Source of the DNA: Nemertoderma westbladi
Taxonomy: Eukaryota; Animalia; Xenacoelomorpha
NCBI GenBank assembly: GCA_032718475.1
Contig: JAUCBJ010000983.1
Span: 30,912 to 94,911, forward strand
Direction of reading: 5' to 3'
DNA: 64,000 bases
Shown: in pieces, positions 61,347 to 64,000 of the stretch
Numbering within the stretch: position 1 is the first letter of the stretch
Layout of the letters: every line of letters begins with the position of its first letter
The notes under the pieces: generated by a model
What the model was told of the DNA's origin: nothing
What the model saw: the letters and a program-made list of their open reading frames with translations, nothing else
Database searches by the model: none
Position numbers and translations under genes: made by a program

Positions 61347-64000
61347 ACTATCATCTCTGATATTTAAACTGTTCGAGTGGGTCAAGTTATTATCTCAGTC
61401 GGAATGTTTGACCTTCGATGATCTTCAATTTGGTACAACTCAATGTACCTGGGCAGCAACAGAAGTTATAGCAGGGCACTTTAATTGGAACGCTACTCCC
61501 ATGTTCGGTTTTCTTTTAGACTTAACGAAGGACATGGTGGAATTGTGTTGTGTAGGCACTTCCTCGAACTTATAAAGAAAGGTTTCTCTCCTTTGTTTCT
61601 CAGAACACTGCTCTGGAATTATTCCAACCAGTCATGTAGTTGTGTGGTGGGGTGGATCGCAATCCTCCAGTATTAGCATATCTAATGGAGTCAGACAGGG
61701 CTCTGTCGCCTCGCCAATTTTATTCTGAATTCTTCTGAATTCGCTATTAATCACATTACGTAAATCCGGAGTTGGATGTCATATTGGTAGATTGTTCTTC
61801 GGAGAATTGGCTTACGCAAAACGATATATTTATCTTATGTCCCTCATTCCATGGTCTCCAATACATGGTTTCAATTTACGAGAGATTTGCCTGCGAGAAC
61901 AAATTGATTTTTAGTACCAATATCAATGCGAATAAGTCCAATTCAAAGTAAATCGCATTTGGTCTGGGGCCGGCATGGGTGGAACCTGTTGAGAAAATTA
62001 GAGTTAACGAAGCTGTACATTTGGGACATGTTATAGATTATAGAAATATCATGTATTTAGATGTATGCTACTTAAGAAACGCCGGACATTCATCGGTAAA
62101 CTAAACTCATTACAACAAGAATTATATTTCTCTAATCCCTATATTGTATTGTTATTGTGTGTAATTTACAACTTATTTATTGTAGGAGTTATTATGGCAG
62201 TAATCTGTGGATATTTTTTCAGACGATTGTTCTAGAATTTATACAGCTTGGAATATAAATGTTAGATTATTGTTTCGATTACCTTATAATTCTCACAGAT
62301 ATAATTTTGAAAACATAGTGTCTTTTTCTCATCCAGGTATTATGGTACAATCTCGGTTTGTTAAATTTGTAAATAGCTTACATGTTTCCCGTAAATGTAT
62401 TCTACGCTTTTTAGCGCTGTTAACGCTTAATGATTAGATTGTAGGGCTCGCAGCAGCGCCAACATCCGTTTACCTTACAATATGAAAAATAAAAATGTGC
62501 AAAATTAAGAACAGTTGGGGGGGGGGGGGGGTGGTGGGGAAGTGTCCCCAGCTGGTCATCTCCCGTCACTCCGTCAGTGTGTCCAGTCGTGCATGGTCTG
62601 GTTTGCCATGTAAAATAATTTAAGATCAACTTAAGATCTTTGATTCGGAGATTAGGTAAAGATTTTTAGCACGAATGGCCAAGGTGTGGTCTAACTTAAA
62701 TAAATTTGATGCTATTTCGCAGCCCCTGCTGGACTCTTATTGCAGAAGACCGCAGATTCCATGATAGTGCATGCACCAGGTTTTATGTTACATATTTTAC
62801 AGTTTTATTGTACTACCACGGCAACCATGATATTTCTAAAACCCACCACCACCCTGCAAGCACACGGAAGTATACGGCTTTTGAAATTTCCACACTATAA
62901 CCGATCGAATACCGGTTGAAATTTGGTACACATATCTCCTGGTACGACATCCAGATTGTGGTAATGCCATCTTCCTCTAATAGCGGTATAAAGTGGAACC
63001 GAGAAGGTATTCAATAAACTCATCATACAAATGGAGTATGGTACCTTATATAATATTATTCAAAAATATAAGATTAAGTGGATATCATCCACAAGAATAT
63101 GTATACTGAGCGTTGAGTCGGATAGGCCAAACTATGTTACTATCAAGATAAGCACTGTATGGTACAGAGAGGGTAAAATTTTCAGTAAAAAGATTCAGTT
63201 TCCTGTATTCCGCTGTCAATCTTCTATCAGCTATTTTTCGCGGTACCTGTTTCGTTAGGTAGGCCTAGGCTTATAATAATAATTATTATATTTTTTTGTC
63301 TACTGTACATATCTAATTTTTTGACTTTGTCTACAACATGGAAAGCGGAAATTGTAAATGGTATGACAGCAATAAAGGCTACGGTTTTATAACGCCTGAC
63401 CGTCACCAAGGTGGTAAAGATTTATTCTTCCACAAAACTGAGATACGGGGCAATCGAATTAAAAATAAATAAAATTAAATATAAATAAAATTAAAAATAA
63501 ATAAAAAAATTAAAAATTTTACAAAAAAAATAAATAAAAAAGTCATAAGTTTTCGAAAATATTTTTAAAAGCATAAATTTATTGTTGAAATTTCATACAG
63601 TAGTTAAAATAGTGGCATATCGTAGGCCAATCATAGCACCCGCTCTTAGACACCCTGCCTTAGGTCATTCCCAGAAAGATTTAATTGTGGATTAAAAACT
63701 AGCTAATAAAAAATAACTAGCTCACAAAATCAAAATTACGAGCTATTATATTTCTACCAGAAGGTCAACTATTTGATCTAGAACAAAAACTTAAAGATAA
63801 AAGACATCTTCACATGAAAAAAATGTGTTAAAAAGTGGTCGTGGCATTGTAATGTCCTGTTCCCAATAATGAGTGAGTGAAATAGTTTAAATAAATAAAT
63901 AATTAATTAATTTACGTAATTGTTAAAGTTAAACGCAAAAAAAAAAAAGCCCTGGTACTATCTATCACGATAAACTACCAGTAATTGTTTTCCTTCATTT

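Larger units (their letters stand above)
59960..62440 (+). mobile_element. Degenerate LINE reverse-transcriptase region (RTEX-like), interrupted by a Penelope insertion
   Basis: IIPLIKNKLGDQTTSDNYRTIVLSS | LIFKLFEW...LQFG...SNGVRQGSVASPILF...SGVGCHIG...LAYA; many stops and frameshifts. Confidence 0.8.

Overview
AT-rich, transposon-dense window from an invertebrate animal genome (spliceosomal introns, eukaryotic TE families). Host genes: an intronless PPP1R14 (CPI-17/PHI-1-type) PP1 inhibitor, one tRNA-Gln(CTG), a 5-exon FOXRED2 gene (+), and a full-architecture PRDM9-like gene (-; ancestral KRAB, SSXRD-like motif, Zn knuckle, PR/SET, tandem C2H2 array with a 1-nt frameshift). Two young BEL/Pao LTR elements (11971-23847 and 40803-51710) keep long Gag-protease ORFs but lack RT and the integrase core. 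One carries an extra Zn-knuckle ORF at the env position; the other has 2.3-kb LTRs with a tRNA-like module and sits 77 bp upstream of the PRDM9 start. The most striking observation is that the only apparent coding intron of PRDM9 is bounded by the terminal inverted repeats of a DNA-transposon family, which supply both splice sites (introner-like); a free MITE of the same family lies nearby. Also present: a minisatellite that multiplies a FOXRED2 splice donor about 50 times, a decayed integrase-core transposase facing a HECT ligase, a Penelope fragment with a hammerhead-like motif inside a LINE, and several LINE, SINE and MITE fragments. All assignments come from motif recognition by eye; no searches were run.
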